A stretch of 64,000 nucleotides of DNA. Origin: an uncultured Kiritimatiellota bacterium (GTDB lineage: Bacteria; Verrucomicrobiota; Kiritimatiellia; RFP12; DVOR01). The translations under genes were made by a program, and so were the position numbers. Of this stretch, positions 63,190 to 64,000 are shown piece by piece (the stretch's first letter is position 1; every line of letters starts with the position of its first letter). The stretch is from NCBI GenBank assembly GCA_944391065.1, contig CALXSH010000004.1, forward strand, positions 2,842 to 66,841. The letters run 5' to 3'. The notes under the pieces were generated by a model that was not told where the DNA came from, ran no database searches, and saw nothing but the letters and a program-made list of their open reading frames with translations.

Positions 63190-64000
63190 TCACCCGCAGA
63201 TGGATTCGCCGCAGGTGGCGTTTTGGGCGCGGCCGTAGGCGAAATCGGGGCTGGCGTTGGCGTAGCAATAGAGGCAGCGATGGGGACAAGTGTTGTATTC
63301 GCCGATATCTTTGCTCCGGATGCACCCACACGCCTTGCGCTGGCCGCCATCCTTCACCTTCCTATAATTCGGTGCCTCCTTCTCAACGGGGAGGCCCCCC
63401 TGCCCAAATCCAAAGAGATCTCCCTGCACCATCGATACCTCCCGCCCCGGTGTCACCCCAAGGAAACGCATGAGTGCCTCATCCTGGCGGTGGGTGGCAA
63501 TCATGATACGGTCATCCACGCACCGGCTATGCCCAATGCCATAAGCCTCAAGGTCGATATCCTCCGAGCACGTCTGCAACTCCAGCCCCCACCCGTGCGA
63601 CCGATTGAGCCCCGCCAACGCCTCCGCCATCGCCCGCTTCTCCCCCGCGGTGAACTCACGCGCCCCCGCGATGCCCGCCCTCTCCAAGTTCTTCGCCACC
63701 CGGCCATACGCCTCGATGTCCGCGAACGAGAAAATCAGCCGTTTCGTGAAAGGCGCCAAACGTTCCCCCAAAGCCTCCACCTTCTTTAAGAGCGCCTCCG
63801 GCGGCGTCCTCTCCGTGATGAGCAACGGGTCAAACCGCCACACCACCCGCTCCTTCCCCAACCGTTCGCTCAATCTGCGAAACGTCTCCACCCGCACCTC
63901 CACCGCAGGCACATTGGGCTCAAACCCTTCGGCCACATAATCATTCAGCGTATATTGAAAATAATACCCTAAGCCCAGCTGGTCCAGCTCCTCCAAATGC
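63190..64000 (-). CDS. DUF1848 family protein (5' partial)
   Basis: YFQYTLNDY...EPNVP, VVWRFDP, TCSE, CVD, KDGGQRKACGCIRSKDIGEYNTCPH.C.YCYAN. Confidence 0.85.
   Translation of the reverse strand, partial: HLEELDQLGLGYYFQYTLNDYVAEGFEPNVPAVEVRVETFRRLSERLGKERVVWRFDPLLITERTPPEALLKKVEALGERLAPFTKRLIFSFADIEAYGRVAKNLERAGIAGAREFTAGEKRAMAEALAGLNRSHGWGLELQTCSEDIDLEAYGIGHSRCVDDRIMIATHRQDEALMRFLGVTPGREVSMVQGDLFGFGQGGLPVEKEAPNYRKVKDGGQRKACGCIRSKDIGEYNTCPHRCLYCYANASPDFAYGRAQNATCGESICG

Overview
High-GC bacterial chromosomal segment. Gene content (LpxC, exosortase-EpsI, BatA, GspF/GspG, PcnB) suggests a Gram-negative anaerobe, probably PVC superphylum and possibly Kiritimatiellae/Lentisphaerae-like; this is inference. 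Most of the window is housekeeping: pcnB, gltBD, dus, lpxC, priA, two DEAD-box helicases, queD, murA, comEC, ktrA/ktrB, pflA, tsf, rpsB, several glycosyltransferases, tRNA-His and a tandem (tRNA-Gly/tRNA-Lys)x4 array. No CRISPR-Cas, prophage or intact mobile element was seen. Notable features: (i) a PKS-like KS + AT gene pair with all catalytic residues substituted; (ii) a four-gene module (beta-propeller di-heme cytochrome c, chorismatase-like protein, ResB, CcsA) preceded by a miniature group IIC intron relic whose RT is reduced to an in-frame 37-aa N/C-terminal fusion; (iii) two intergenic four-copy arrays with 22/23-bp period, one with a perfect palindromic core and different short spacers; (iv) an unannotated 31-aa basic ORF after rpsB-tsf; (v) tRNA oddities (A54-U58 tRNA-His, decayed tRNA-Lys with CCT anticodon); (vi) repeated signs of leaderless transcription. 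All calls come from manual motif reading; no searches were run.
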